A stretch of DNA of 64,000 nucleotides from the NCBI RefSeq assembly GCF_902652985.1, contig NC_047021.1, forward strand, positions 39,494,001 to 39,558,000, read 5' to 3'. The notes below the pieces were generated by a model. The model worked only from the letters and a program-made list of their open reading frames with translations. It was not told where the DNA came from and made no database searches. Positions 11,412 to 23,660 of the stretch are shown piece by piece; the first letter of the stretch is position 1, and each line of letters opens with the position of its first letter. Origin of the DNA: Pecten maximus (taxonomy: Eukaryota). The position numbers and the translations under genes were made by a program.

Positions 11412-12198
11412 CAGTACTTCCTTGTTACATGGCGATAAGCCATAGACTTTGTAGTCCCCAACCCCGTTCCATTGGGGAAAATCCTACAGACATTTTCACA
11501 AGTTATTTCCTCTTCCATGGGGAAAAAGCCCACAGACTTTGTCAAAATTTGTCCTCTCTTCATGGGAAAAAAACAGTTCATTTAGCAAATTAATCTTGTA
11601 ATCAATGTTTTCCTGTGTGCATTGGATAACATGACTTTTAAAAAGACATGGTCTATTATTTTTTTAATCTCAAATGAAATTATAGGGATGTAATTTTCAG
11701 TGGAAGCACTGAATCTGTAGTAATTCGTATTAAACACCAATACAATATTTAAGGAGAACATTATTATACGCGTTGCCCTCAATGGCCTTCAAATCCAAAT
11801 AAATCCTTATAGCTGACCATTCCGTTAACAGTGTTTTATCAACACGCTCATTTTGTATGCTAGTAACAGGTGTATGTGACTGCATTGAAACTACAGTGTC
11901 TTGAAATTACTGCTTAAGTGTATTGCACTGTTGTCATTATATATAATTTATAAGGTGTATGTTGTGCTGTATAAAATACCGCGACATTGTAAGGTGTATT
12001 CTTTGATAATCAATGACTTGGTGCAGTGTAAGTTCAGTATTGTGATGTATGAATGCGGTGTGTAAGTGGTTTATGTGACAATGAACATGGAAAGCATGTG
12101 CTGCATCTTTAAAGTTTCATTTGGAAAATACATTTAATGTGTCTTTACTTAATATTTGTGTTTAGTTATGTAAACAATCAGATTTCTTCAGGCCTATT

Positions 12199-12251
12199 CG
12201 GGGCCGCAGTGGCCGAGTGGTTAAGTTGTCCCGGCTGTTGCCAGGTACTGG
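12199..12251 (+). mobile_element. Internally deleted fragment of V-SINE family 1
   Basis: gggccgcagtggccgagtggttaag...gttgccaggtactg matches the head and a later segment of the 42816 and 43178 copies. Confidence 0.6.
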
Positions 12252-13414
12252 GTCAGTGGGGAGTAGAATGGGCAATTTTTTTTCATGCTTTATTCATGTG
12301 TGTTTCTGCCTCCATAAACTTGGGATGTACAATATGCATCATAAACATCAGCATAGTATAATTTTTTTTTTTTTTTAAACTGAACAAAAATTGAACAAAT
12401 ACAAAAATGAAGACAGTAAAATGTGTCAAATGCTTTTCCTCTACAACAGTTACTATTTTGCTGGTCCATTATAAAGGTATCAACAGATATATTTTTTCAG
12501 AAATCCATTTCAGTGCCTGGTCAGTAACCCACGGCCTCTGTTCATGAATATTTAGTTGGTTAAAAGAGACCTCAACAAGTAGTCTGAAGAATCACTAGGT
12601 TATCCAGTAAATTTCTACAGCTTATCCAGAAAACAAACAAAAAAAACAAAAAAAAAACAAAAAAAAACAAATTCTGAGTGTGAGTGACCTCCCTTTAACT
12701 AGTATGAAAGCAGGGATGTTTTGGGACAGTGTTTACTTTAAATGTGGCTGTTCATACACTGCATACTGGCTTTTGTAAATGTGTCCCAAACATCATTGCA
12801 TAGATGTTACAAATGTTTTCATATGTTTCATAAACATACTGATTTCTGCTTAAATATTTCAGTCCTAGCTTTCATGCAACTTCTCGATGAGAGTATTTTT
12901 TAGCAATAATTTATTTTGTGTATTTGTGAATACCTATTTTGTATATATATGTATTGTTATTTATGTTTAGCAGGATTTGTACAATTTCAATCAATGTGTG
13001 TACTTAAATATTAAATTATTTTCACTGCAATTATACCATGATAAAACTGATTAAGTTGTCATTGAAATAGTTACTTGAAAGTTTTTGTCAAACTGACCTA
13101 TGATATGTCGCTTCATCTTAGCTGTTTGATATTTAAATCCATTAAACTTTTTCTGCTATACAAAAGCCATTCTGGATTTTACAAAATTTTACAGAATTAT
13201 ATACATAGATACATGGGTACAGGTATGAATTGCTATTTTCTATGTAGATTAAAAATACAAGATGGCCACCGCTGTCTGTCACTGGACAAAACAATTCCAT
13301 GTAGATCATAAATGTATATGAAAACTGTATTTATATATAATATAGAATAAAGTTTAAAGTGTCCATGTGACGGTAGATAATTATAGAATAAAAAGTCAAA
13401 CACAGATCTGCTGT

Positions 13415-13456
13415 CTCCCTAGTACTTTCGCGGCTACATCGTGCCGCTCTTCAGGG
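13415..13456 (-). ncRNA. Minimal type I hammerhead ribozyme motif (intact core, stem I truncated to 2 bp)
   Basis: CC-CUGAAGA-GCGGC[ACGAUGUA]GCCGC-GAAA-GUAC-UA^GGGAG: full core, perfect 5-bp stem II, palindromic GUAC loop III. Confidence 0.8.
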
Positions 13457-13474
13457 TGCCGAATAAAATTCACA

Positions 13475-13519
13475 TTCCCCTGAAGAGCAGCACGATGTAG
13501 CCGCAAAAGTACTTGGGAG
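13475..13519 (+). ncRNA. Mutated minimal hammerhead motif (full stem I, G12A core mutation)
   Basis: UUCCC-CUGAAGA-GCAGC[ACGAUGUA]GCCGC-AAAA-GUAC-UU-GGGAG; stem I is UUCCC/GGGAG. Confidence 0.65.
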
Positions 13520-14404
13520 ACAGCAGATCTGTGTTTGACTTTTTATTCTATCAATATTTACCGTCACATGGACACTTTAAACTTCATTCTATAGCAATAT
13601 GATGTTAAATGGACCAACACATTATGATCAATGGAGCTAGATTGGAAGTTTTAACAAGTCAAATTTCAACCATATGCCAGAATTCAAATGTCTTAAACAA
13701 GTAGTTTGTGAAGTTTGCTTCAAACATTATACAATTATGCTTCCAGGAAACTTCCATGTTTGAACTCATCATTACAGTTTTCAGGATGGTGCTGAAATCC
13801 TCATTAATAGGGCTAACCATTCACAGCCTCGTTTTGATACTGGTATACCATTTCTAGATTTATATGTTTTTACTCGCCAGTAAATCAGTTTTTATAACAA
13901 ATATATGTTTGGTTTACTTTGTAATGTAATTATAAGGTAAATATGGGAAATTATCAGTGATTTTTTTTTTTTGTGATTTAGTTTTCATTATAAAACATGT
14001 TACCCTTTTCTGTGATCATTGTGAAATATAGACCATTTTAAAGGATTTTTAAAGTGAGTTTGTAATGTACGTAGCTTATTACATTTTATATGAACAATCT
14101 CTTTCAAGTTTTTCCATTGTGTATGACATCATGGAATGGGAAGAAATTTGAGGAATTCTTTTATCAAATACATGACTTGATTATTTTAATGGATACATTA
14201 TGTCAAAAGTTAAACCAGAAAATACACACTTAATTTTACTTGTGTTATAAAATATTGATGTCTAAAATTATCCAATTCATAATAGATCACTTTAGGTAAT
14301 GTTTAAGTTAAGAAAAACTCGGTGAAAATTTCATATGGTCAGAAATGATCTATCGCTTTCACCATTGCAGTGATTTTTATTATGATGTTACTCTTGATTT
14401 ATGA

Positions 14405-14627
14405 ACTTTATTTATTTTACAACAATTGTAAGTTTTATCAACTTCTGTTAATCATTCTTGTGGGCCCAGATGGTGGTACACAGACATAGGGGTAATCATT
14501 ATGAGACTAAACCAAAGTACAAGTAGAAAACATGGGAGATGATGACTCATACATTTTCACCTCCCATCAAGGAATCAAACCCCGGCTGTCTTGTTGAAAG
14601 ATGAGAGTGCTATCCACTATGCCACCT
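14405..14627 (-). mobile_element. Old V-SINE family 2 copy
   Basis: The reverse complement shows ggtggcatagtggatagcac...gggtttgattcc head and ...tctgggcccacaagaatgattaacagaagttgataaaactt...aataaa tail. Confidence 0.6.
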
Positions 14628-15072
14628 TTCGATTCGTGTAACATTAATATAGGGTGACTGTGGCGGTGCTATTTAACAATTGTATACAATTATACTAACA
14701 TTTTTTTTAATTATGTTAATTTATTATCATAGATCGTCAGAATTGCTCTACTGCTATATTTTTAAGTTTAATTTGTGTTATTTTTTTTATTTGTTACTCT
14801 GTAGTAGGTAAACTATTGTTTGTGAAAAGTTATTTTCTTAACTTAGTTAGGTACAATTATTTCCCAAACTGGAAATAAGCTGTGGTCTCACAGCCATTTT
14901 TTTAAGTCCACCCATGGGGTACATATGTAGCTGTTTCCTACCCAAAGGTAACCATGGTAACTATTGGTAAGGGTGGGGTGGAGTATTTTGTTGTCTGTTG
15001 AAATATTGAATGAGAATAGCATGGAATGTAATGGAATGCATGTTATTATGATTGTATTGTTTACCATTCATC

Positions 15073-15078
15073 AATAAA
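15073..15078 (+). terminator. Candidate distal polyadenylation signal of the FGD-like gene
   Basis: AATAAA at the end of a long U/GU-rich stretch and followed by GT/T-rich sequence. Several more proximal AATAAA exist, so the UTR end is uncertain. Confidence 0.3.
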
Positions 15079-15324
15079 TTCTAAATGAAATTTATTTTCC
15101 TGTTAACTACGTTACACATTGGTGCATATGAACCGTACTTGTGTTATGATTTTTGTATTTGAGATGATATCATGTTGATGGTATGGTGTGTACTGTCATT
15201 TCATTTCGTAATAAAATCAACAATGTTATAAATTATGTTGATGGTCCGTTGTTTTCTTTTCTTTTTTTTTCTGCCAGAGAACAAACGTGCTGGTGTCAGA
15301 TGAATGATGTTGGGCCAGTAGCCC

Positions 15325-15800
15325 TATGTCCATCGTCCGTAGTCAGTCCTTCCTTCCATCGTCTGTCCATCGTCCATTCGTTAACAGTTCTTTCTTTGTC
15401 CCTAGTTATGCCCATTCAAGTTAAAGTCTTTTCAGGAGAAGAAAATGGCCAACAGGCAGCCATCTTAGGTTTTGAATGCGGAAGATTGTTATTATTTTTA
15501 TTTTACCATGAGCTAGTACTGGAGGGATATTTCTCAAGCTTCACATATAGATTCCCATTAGTCCCTAGTTATGCCCATTACAATTTTGAGTCTAATCTGG
15601 TAAACAAAATGGCCAACAAGCAGCCATCTTGGATTTTGAATGCAGAAGATTGTTATTTTTATTTTACCATGAGCTAGTACTGGAGGGATATTTCTCAAGC
15701 TTCACATATAGATTCCCCTTGGTCCCTAGTTATGCCCATTACACTTTTGAGTCTAATGCGGTAAACAAAATGCCCAACAGGATGCTGACTGGATTTTGAC
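15325..15800 (+). mobile_element. Helentron/HINE (pearl/BIV160-like) element fragment with ~161-bp internal tandem repeats
   Basis: ccgtc/ccatc microsatellite-like head, then ~2.5 units with aaaatggccaacaggcagccatcttgg; gtccctagttatgcccatt at 15398, 15561 and 15722. Confidence 0.75.
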
Positions 15801-16170
15801 AGTAGAGATGTTGAATTGTTCCAGTTAGATAGAGTGGAGACAAAATGAATTAAACTGCACTAAACAGCTGTTTCCTATAGGATGTGTACTTATGTATCAC
15901 TATAGGATGTGTACTTATGTATCACTTGTTATATCGCTATTGTGTGTAATATGTTTCTAGTTAAGTGCTTTTGTATTGGAATTCCTCGTATTCTATTATC
16001 TCTATAAAAAAACAATGAAAATAAGAAAAAAACAAACAAAAATCTGGTTGAACGGGGTACCTGTTTATACTCTCAAGCAATTATGTGCTAATATGAAACC
16101 AGCCAGCATTTCTGATACAAATGAAGGAACACATATCGTTTAAATTGGAAGTTTAATATGAAATTCACTC

Positions 16171-16520
16171 GATGTCTTCGACAGTATGCTTCAGTGAGAT
16201 AGCACTATAAAGTCGGCATCAGTTCAGCGCTATCATAAGGAGACAAACATACCGCAGCCTCCCAAAATACACACAGAATCAGTCTTAGTGTCACCTTTTC
16301 TTAATTATTGATATATCTTATTATTCATAGGCCGAATTCTACATTTCCTGAGGTTGAAATCCAAGGTAAGAGTCCATTTAAGCTTATTGATGATACCTTT
16401 TCGTCATTTCTTAAGTGAGTGATAGTTAAATACATGCGTACATCTCACCATGCACCTCGCACACAGGGGAGGCTGCCTAAATGACAGGACGTTTAACAAT
16501 ACTAAAATAAACCAAACCAC
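16171..16520 (+). mobile_element. 3' half of a Meta/Deu-type SINE interrupted by a ~155-bp insertion
   Basis: gatgtcttcgacagtatgcttcagtgagatagcactataaagtcggc matches 21251-21297; tail ggacgtttaac...aaccaaacca; unrelated sequence at ~16275-16430. Confidence 0.7.
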
Positions 16521-17027
16521 TCCGACATAATCAGGGCCAGTAACACGACTGAAGTTAAAGTTGAGTCACAATCACTTTCCCACAAAATGATGCAACATAT
16601 GATTATTTTTTATTAAAACAAAATAAAAAATGTACATCACCATTTCCTCCGTTAGGCGTTGGTGTCTTCATTCAATAATTTTAGTCTTCCTCTCGTGAAA
16701 AAAGTCCGATTAGAAAAAACAAAAACAAAATCGCAGGAACGTCAATATATGAATAATGAATCGGATTCAGCAGAAATTGATTATCTCTTCACTAAAATCC
16801 GTTCCGACAGAAAATGCCAAGTTTGTAGTCTGCATAAAGAAACAGTCAATTTGAAGCTAAGCCTACTCAGGTTTCAGATAATAATTTTATCAAAAACCAA
16901 TTCCATGACCGCTGTGAAGCAACTTATTGGTGTAGGTGGTAAAGAAGATATTTAGAATTTGTAATTTTTCAATATGCTTAAATGTGAAATAGATTCCGAA
17001 AATCTATAGCGACAACACATATTACCA

Positions 17028-17477
17028 GTGAAGTTCGAGTCACAAGGCAACATCCCTGTTGTTAAATGACATAAGCATTGGGTACGAATTCCAATATGTC
17101 GACAGTGTTTGGGCATTGGCGGGATAAAAGTCTTGTGAAACAACCTCGATTGGAAACATGTTAACCCAACTCACGTTTCGGGTAATTCGGGTAAACACCC
17201 TTCCCATAACCGTTCATTTGATACCAACCCGTGTACCAGTAAAATCAAATTCCATCGCCGTACAGAAAGTTCAAAGAATCACCGATTGCTTTGGTAAAAT
17301 GTCAGACTAAAATATGAAACCGATCCTGAAATCTTTCACCTGTAAGATTACCTAAGTGAAGTTTGGGTCACAAGACAGCATCCCTATTATATCGCCATTG
17401 CTATTGGATACACACTCCAATATCAGTCGACAGTATTTTGGGTATTGGTGGGATAAAAGTCTTGTGAAACAACCTCA
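17028..17477. repeat. Two diverged ~120-bp direct repeats (17028-17147, 17357-17477)
   Basis: Both copies run gtgaagtt...gtcacaag...catccct...gtcgacagt...gggataaaagtcttgtgaaacaacctc. Confidence 0.75.
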
Positions 17478-18624
17478 ATAAGGATTTGAATTTCGAATTG
17501 AGCAATTTGCAATATTTTAGCTCAACTCATTTGAACAGTCTTCTTAGTATGTTTGCGTTTCAACGCATATTACTCACTAAAAACATACATTAACATCTTT
17601 CCTTAGTTAATGTGAAGTAAATTAAAAGTATTTAATTAAAATTATACCACCTCTTTTTCTTCTTTGAGCCCTCTGTGATCGTCTTCTCCTTTCAAACTTT
17701 GTTCAATGCAAACTTTCAAATATGGCTGCCTTTTTTGTGCAGACGACGCTAATTTGCAATGAAATTTTACAATTTCACGCATGCTCAATGGATGGGAAAG
17801 TTGATTGGTTATGACGCAACAGCACACTATTTTAATTGACAGGTAATACCGATTTCGGGGCGTGGTGTTGACAGTGATGAAATTAGCAGTGAAATATTTT
17901 TCATCATACTGCACAACACCGAGTTTACAGTAGAAATCACAACATTAGACTCTCAATATTTCAAATAAAACAATATTTAGAACATAAAACACAGTTTAAA
18001 GCTATCTGGCATTGCATATAAATCACAAAACAAAAATATCACAACGTTTTACACACCATCACCGATTCAAAACGTAATATTTGTTTCTAAAGAAACCCTC
18101 AACGATATCAATTTTCGCTCGACCCGAAACATTTTAGATCACATAATACTTGTGGACTGTGGATTGGAAAATCGTGTCAAGTCCCTGTGTTACAAACTAC
18201 CGACGATGAAACGTTTTATTCATCTTAAAACAATGATATCTCCAAAAATTACAGAGATCTGGTGTATCGTAAACGCTGAAAACATTTCTCTCTTGTACAT
18301 ATAATTGCATTGTGAATTGAAAATTGCAAATCTGATGAAAATCACAGGGGCTCGGTTTCGAGATTCTGAGTAACATATGACATCAGTTAACAATTGCAAC
18401 ACTAAATATTAAGCATTCATATACATTCTGAAACCTTATAAAAAATCGGGATTATCGATGCATAAAAAATGCAATACATTTATATTTGAGCTTACCAAAA
18501 TATCGACGTTGATGTAAAAAAAATATATCAATCACTTCGATTAATATTTTTCAATAAAAATTTTTGTTCTGTTGGTAGCACGAGGCTATACAGTTGAAAT
18601 AACTATCATTTATGTTATGTCAAA

Positions 18625-18845
18625 ACCGCAGGGATTTGACACAAATTCTCATCTCATGTTCCATAAATATGTATTATACAAGCATGGGCTATGGTTGGGA
18701 GTGAACAAATTCCTGTGATTTCAGTTGCCTCTCTTATGATCCATAGGGACTTGACACAAATTCCCAAATGGCTGTCCATACATATATTGACCGTGGGCTG
18801 GGAATATTTGTGTCAAACCCCTGTGATTTCAGCTATATCTCTTAG
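18625..18845. repeat. Tandem pair of ~115-bp foldback-like units
   Basis: aggga(t/c)ttgacacaaatt...cctgtgatttcag occurs twice; the second unit has inverted ttgacacaaat / atttgtgtcaa. Confidence 0.55.
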
Positions 18846-18861
18846 TCCAAACTCTGACTCA

Positions 18862-19545
18862 ATTTCAATTTTTCAATTATTTTTATTCCGTATGCAAATA
18901 GCATATAGGATCACAATATACATACATATGACAACATTTTACATTTGTGCAAGACGGCGGAGAACACAGCCAATGTAACACAAAGTATTATACATTTCAA
19001 TAAAGCATGTGTTAATAGTTTTTGCCATCACAAAAAGTGTATATCATACAATTACAATATTACAATTGCAATTTTAAACTACACGAATTTTTAAGACATA
19101 AAAAGACAATCACATACTTGAAATTATATTCCTAGACATATTTTCTCTAGAAGGTTCTGATAAAGAAAATATTGTTGTGCAATTACTAATTAATTAACTA
19201 TTAATCAAATATATAAATACTTATTAACTAAGTAACAGTGACTTCCTTTTGGCCGTTGCCTGAATTAAATATTTCTAAAATTTCTTAAAGTTTTTACATT
19301 GGTACTACAGAACAATTCAGTCATTTTGAAACCAGATGGACGGCGATAAAAATATGGTTTTAAATACTTCACCCTTAAATCCAAATACTTTGGACATAAC
19401 AAAATAAAATGGACTTCATCCTCAACTATATGATTATCACACAAAGTACAAAGCCTTTGGGGTCTAGGGATACCACTGTATCTACCAGTTTCAATAATCA
19501 ACGAATGAGCATTTAATCTGTATTTGGATATAATTCGTTTTATTT
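18862..19545 (-). mobile_element. 5'-truncated non-LTR retrotransposon (LINE): ORF2 C-terminus plus 3' UTR, candidate 7-bp TSD tgactca
   Basis: Minus frame RLNAHSLIIETGRYSGIPRPQRLCTLC...EDEVHFILLCPKY (C-terminal CCHC knuckle); tail aataaa...(ttgaa)n; tgactca at 18855-18861 and 19546-19552. Confidence 0.85.
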
Positions 19546-21084
19546 TGACTCATTGCCATTGTGTTTGTATCCTGTAAACACATATACATGCATTCAGCAA
19601 GCTATTGGAGTGCGTGTACTAATATTATCATTTCATTAACATTTTAACCAGCTTTGCACACTTCAATGTGACCCATCGTCTATTTTACACTCGGTAATAG
19701 TTTTCGCTAACTTGTTAATGTAGGTTCAATTTATATGACATAGTGCAAAATTAGAAATATTTGTGACAGGAAATCATTACCGATATTAATTGGTCCCAGT
19801 CAGGGAGGATCGCGAAAACCTAGTAGGATCAACAAGGTCACGTGGTGATTCCGGCAGAGTCCCAACCCGCAAATCAAAAATCTATAAAAAAAAACTTTGG
19901 CACAAATCATGGAGCTTATCTACAGAAGCAAAACCTTCATTATAAAGCCGTTTATAACACAAATTACACACTTGTAAAATGATTTGTGAGAAATTAAACG
20001 GACTAAAAAAATCAATCATCTACGTTTGCGAGTTTCATAAAATGTGCCTAAATGAGTTAGTAAATTAACACAACGAACTATTAACAGTAAGTTTGATAAT
20101 AGCATATTTCAACATCTACCTCATAGAAAGATATAGGTTGGAATTGTTGATTGTAACAGTAAAAAATCTTTTAAAATAATATTTGGACTCCGTTTGTTTA
20201 ATTGTTACGAACTTCATTATAGTTGGGTTGAAATCATATTTTTTTTAGATATTAATTTATAACTCTGTAGTTGTATTTAGAAGTGAAGGGTATTATGTTA
20301 TGCGTGTGAATCTTGTCCCCGTCAGAAACAAGTATCACGGATCAATATTGTTTAACACAAGTTTTAAGGAAATATGACAGTTTACTTCCTCCTATTAGTA
20401 TGCCCAAGTGTGATTCCCGGGGGTTCATTACTTACGGAAATAAAAGAACTTTAATATTTTCCTGTTAACGGGGGTTTTATATGCAAAAATTGTACCATTT
20501 GATTGACTTGTTCCCTGAACGCCAACATATTATCCTATAATAGATCTGTTTTAGGACACAATTTCAAGGACAGCGAATTTCGCAAAAAAAAAAAAAAAAA
20601 TCCTGAAGTCTGCCTTGATATCGGGCTGGATACTCGTTCAGCAGTGGTTTTGTTTTTGTTTTGTTTTGTTTTGTTTTTTCTAAGTCCCTGAGTGTATAAC
20701 GGTTATTACAATCCTGAATCCATGTCCTAATCATAGGTATCCAATTCATTGGCCATATTTTCTTTTAAATGTATCGACTTTTGAAATTCATATCAAATTT
20801 TACTGCAAACATTTCACTTATATTTCACAGATATGAATTTGTTGATTAAAAGTGCTTTCGAAATCAACGAAAAAAAAAGAGAAAAAATACGGAACACAAC
20901 GAAAAAACAAACAAGCTTACATCTTTAAACTAAATATCGGCCCCTGACCATTTCACGGTGTCAGCTTGCTACCTTTGGAACCCTAATATCAAACAAACAA
21001 AAAATCGAAAATAATCCACAGTTGTTAGGAGAGAAACATTGGGAATACAAGCATCTTTTTAGTTTAAATGATTTTAAATGATTA

Positions 21085-21441
21085 TACTCGCCCCTGTGAG
21101 GAAGGCTTTGGGTTCTGTCCCCTGGTCGAGACATACCCGAGTCTCTTACAATGGTAGTTGCTACTCCTGCTTAGCGCTCAGCATTTTGGGAGTGGGACGA
21201 CTGGTTTGCCCGTTGTCAGTATATTGTAACTGGATGGGGTGTCCTGCTGGATGTCTTCGGCAGTATGCTTCAGTGAGGTAGCACTATAAAGTCGGCGTCA
21301 CTTCCGTGCTATCACACATACCGCAGTCTCACAAAACACACATACGCCACACGCATGTATTCCGCACACGTGGGAGGCCGTCCCTAAATTATTTTAGCTG
21401 TTGATAGGACGTTAAGCAAGACAAATCAAAACAAACAAAAA
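21085..21441 (+). mobile_element. tRNA-derived SINE with Meta- and Deu-like domains (BivaMD-like), 5' slightly truncated
   Basis: B-box-like gggttctgtccc; aatggtagttgctactcctgcttagcgctcagcat (Meta-like); cagtatgcttcagtgaggtagcactataaa (Deu-like); tail gctgttgataggacgttaag plus an A-rich end. Confidence 0.75.
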
Positions 21442-21763
21442 TACAGGTAGCCTTTTACTGTCATGTGCAAACCACCAGTAGACACGGTTAAACCTCAATA
21501 TTACGTAATTTTAGTTAAAATAGTATTCACAAGACAAGGAAGATATTTTAAAAATACATGCATTTTTTTTAAAGAAATTTTTTACTTTGTGTATTTATAA
21601 CAGGACATCTTTACAGGTCAAGTGTGGACTTGTCATCTTTCCGGTAAGGGGCAAGACTTGGCTTTGTCATGCTACAAACTACCGTTACTAGTAATTGACT
21701 TCCTCTTGTAGGGACTTTCCTGTGGGGGAAATAGATAGGAAATCAGAAGGAGAGGCCCATATA

Positions 21764-22108
21764 TACTGTAAAGCGTAGTTATATCCGCGGGCTTTAGGTT
21801 CGCGATTTCGATATGTAACCCATGTCTACACATGGGATTTATTTCCGCGAGGGTTTAAGTTCGCGATTTCGATATATAAACTCTAGACATGGGATTTATT
21901 TCCGCAGAGGTTTAATTTCGCGATTTCGATATGTAAACTATAAGTGTGAGAGTTATATATGCGCGGGTTTAAGTTCGCGATTTCGATATGTAAAATCTAC
22001 ACATGGAAGTTATTTCCGCGAGGGTTTAAGTTCGCGATTTCGATATGTAAACTATACTCGAAGGAGTTATTTCCGCGAGGGTTTAAGTTCGCGATTTGAT
22101 ATGTAAAC
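21764..22108 (+). repeat. 57-bp tandem repeat (6 units, tatttccgcgagggtttaagttcgcgatttcgatatgtaaa...) starting at a TA-CTGTAAA MITE-like left end
   Basis: ttcgcgattt recurs at ~21800, 21860, 21917, 21974, 22031 and 22088. Confidence 0.85.
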
Positions 22109-22324
22109 TTTTAGCGTAAGGGCTGTTTCCGAAAGCATGTATTGTTTTCTCCTTTTGTTTTACACATATTCGATAAATACCACACACATCACAAAATAAT
22201 ACGCCCGGAGGAAAAATGTCCATGTTTACAAAATAAAGGGCTTGAACGAGCGGAAGCAGGGAAGACAGAATTTTTATCCCGTCCGACACTATTTTAATAG
22301 TCGAGGAGAGGTTTGAAGGCACCT

Positions 22325-23660
22325 GACACTACAAAAGTACACGTGCTGTAATAAACAAGTGTACGTGACATTATACACGTGCTGTAATAATCAAGTGTAC
22401 GTGACACTATACACGTGCTGTAATAATCAAGTGTACGTGACACTATACACGTGCTGTAATAATCAAGTGTACGTGACACTATACACGTGCTGTAATAATC
22501 AAGTGTACGTGACACTATACACGTGCTGTAATAATCAAATATACGTGACACGATACACATGCTGTAATAATAAAGTATACGTGACACTATACACGAGCTG
22601 TTATACAATACGTGACACTATACACGTGCTGTAATAATCAAGTATACGTGACACTATACACGTGCTGTAATAATCAAGTATACGTGACACTATACACGAG
22701 CTGTAATAATCAAGTTTACGTGACAATATACACGTGCTGTAATAATCAAGTATACGTGACACTATACACGTGCTGTAATAATCAAGTGTACGTGACACTG
22801 TACACGTGCTGTAATAATCAAGTGTACGTGACACTATACACGTGCTGTAATAATCAAGTGTACGTGACACTATACAAGTGCTGTAACAATCAAGTATACG
22901 TGACACTATACACGTGCTGTAATAATCAAGTATACGTGACATTATACACGTGCTGTAATAATCAAGTATACGTGACACTATACACGTGCTATAATAATCA
23001 AGTATACGTGACACTATATACGTGCTGTAATAATCAAGTGTACGTGACACTATACACGTGTTGTAATAATCAAGTATACGTGACATTATACACGTGCTGT
23101 AATAATCAAGTGTACGTGACACTATACACGTGCTGTAATAATCAAGTATACGTGACACTATACACGTGCTGTAATAATCAAGTGTACGTGACACTATACA
23201 CGTGCTGTAATAATCAAATATACGTTTCACTATACACGTGCTGTAATAATCAAGTGTACGTGACACTATACGCGTGCTGTAATAATCAAGTGTACGTGAC
23301 ACTATACACGTGCTGTAATAATCAAATATACGTTTCACTGTACACGTGCTGTAATAATCAACTTTACGTGACACTATACACGTGCTGTAATAATCAAGTG
23401 TACGTGACACTATACACGTGCTGTAATAATCAAGTATACGTGACATTATACACGTGCTGTAATAATCAAGTATACGTGACACTATACACGTGCTGTAATA
23501 ATCAAATATACGTGACACGATACACATGCTTTCAAAATCAAGTTTACGTGACACTATACACGTGCTGTAATACAATACGTGACACTATACACGTGCTGTA
23601 ATAATCAAGTTTACGTGACACTATACACGTGCTGTAATAATCAAGTATACGTGACACTAT
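22325..23660. repeat. 36-bp minisatellite, ~36 copies (acgtgacactatacacgtgctgtaataatcaagtgt)
   Basis: 12-aa periodicity in ORFs 22612-23601 and 22601-23575. Confidence 0.97.

Larger units (their letters stand above)
13341..13593. mobile_element. Foldback element (116-bp inverted arms, 21-nt spacer), probably an inverted Penelope-like pLTR pair
   Basis: Arms 13341-13456 and 13478-13593 are near-perfect reverse complements, and each contains a hammerhead motif. Confidence 0.8.

Noticed and set aside
17175-17339. Minus-strand exon-like segment (ttacAG...GTgagt)
   Set aside because: No recognisable peptide or linked exons; cannot be separated from chance or TE-derived sites.
22601-23601. 324/329-aa Cys/Tyr-rich ORFs on both strands
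   Set aside because: Artefact of the 36-bp repeat.
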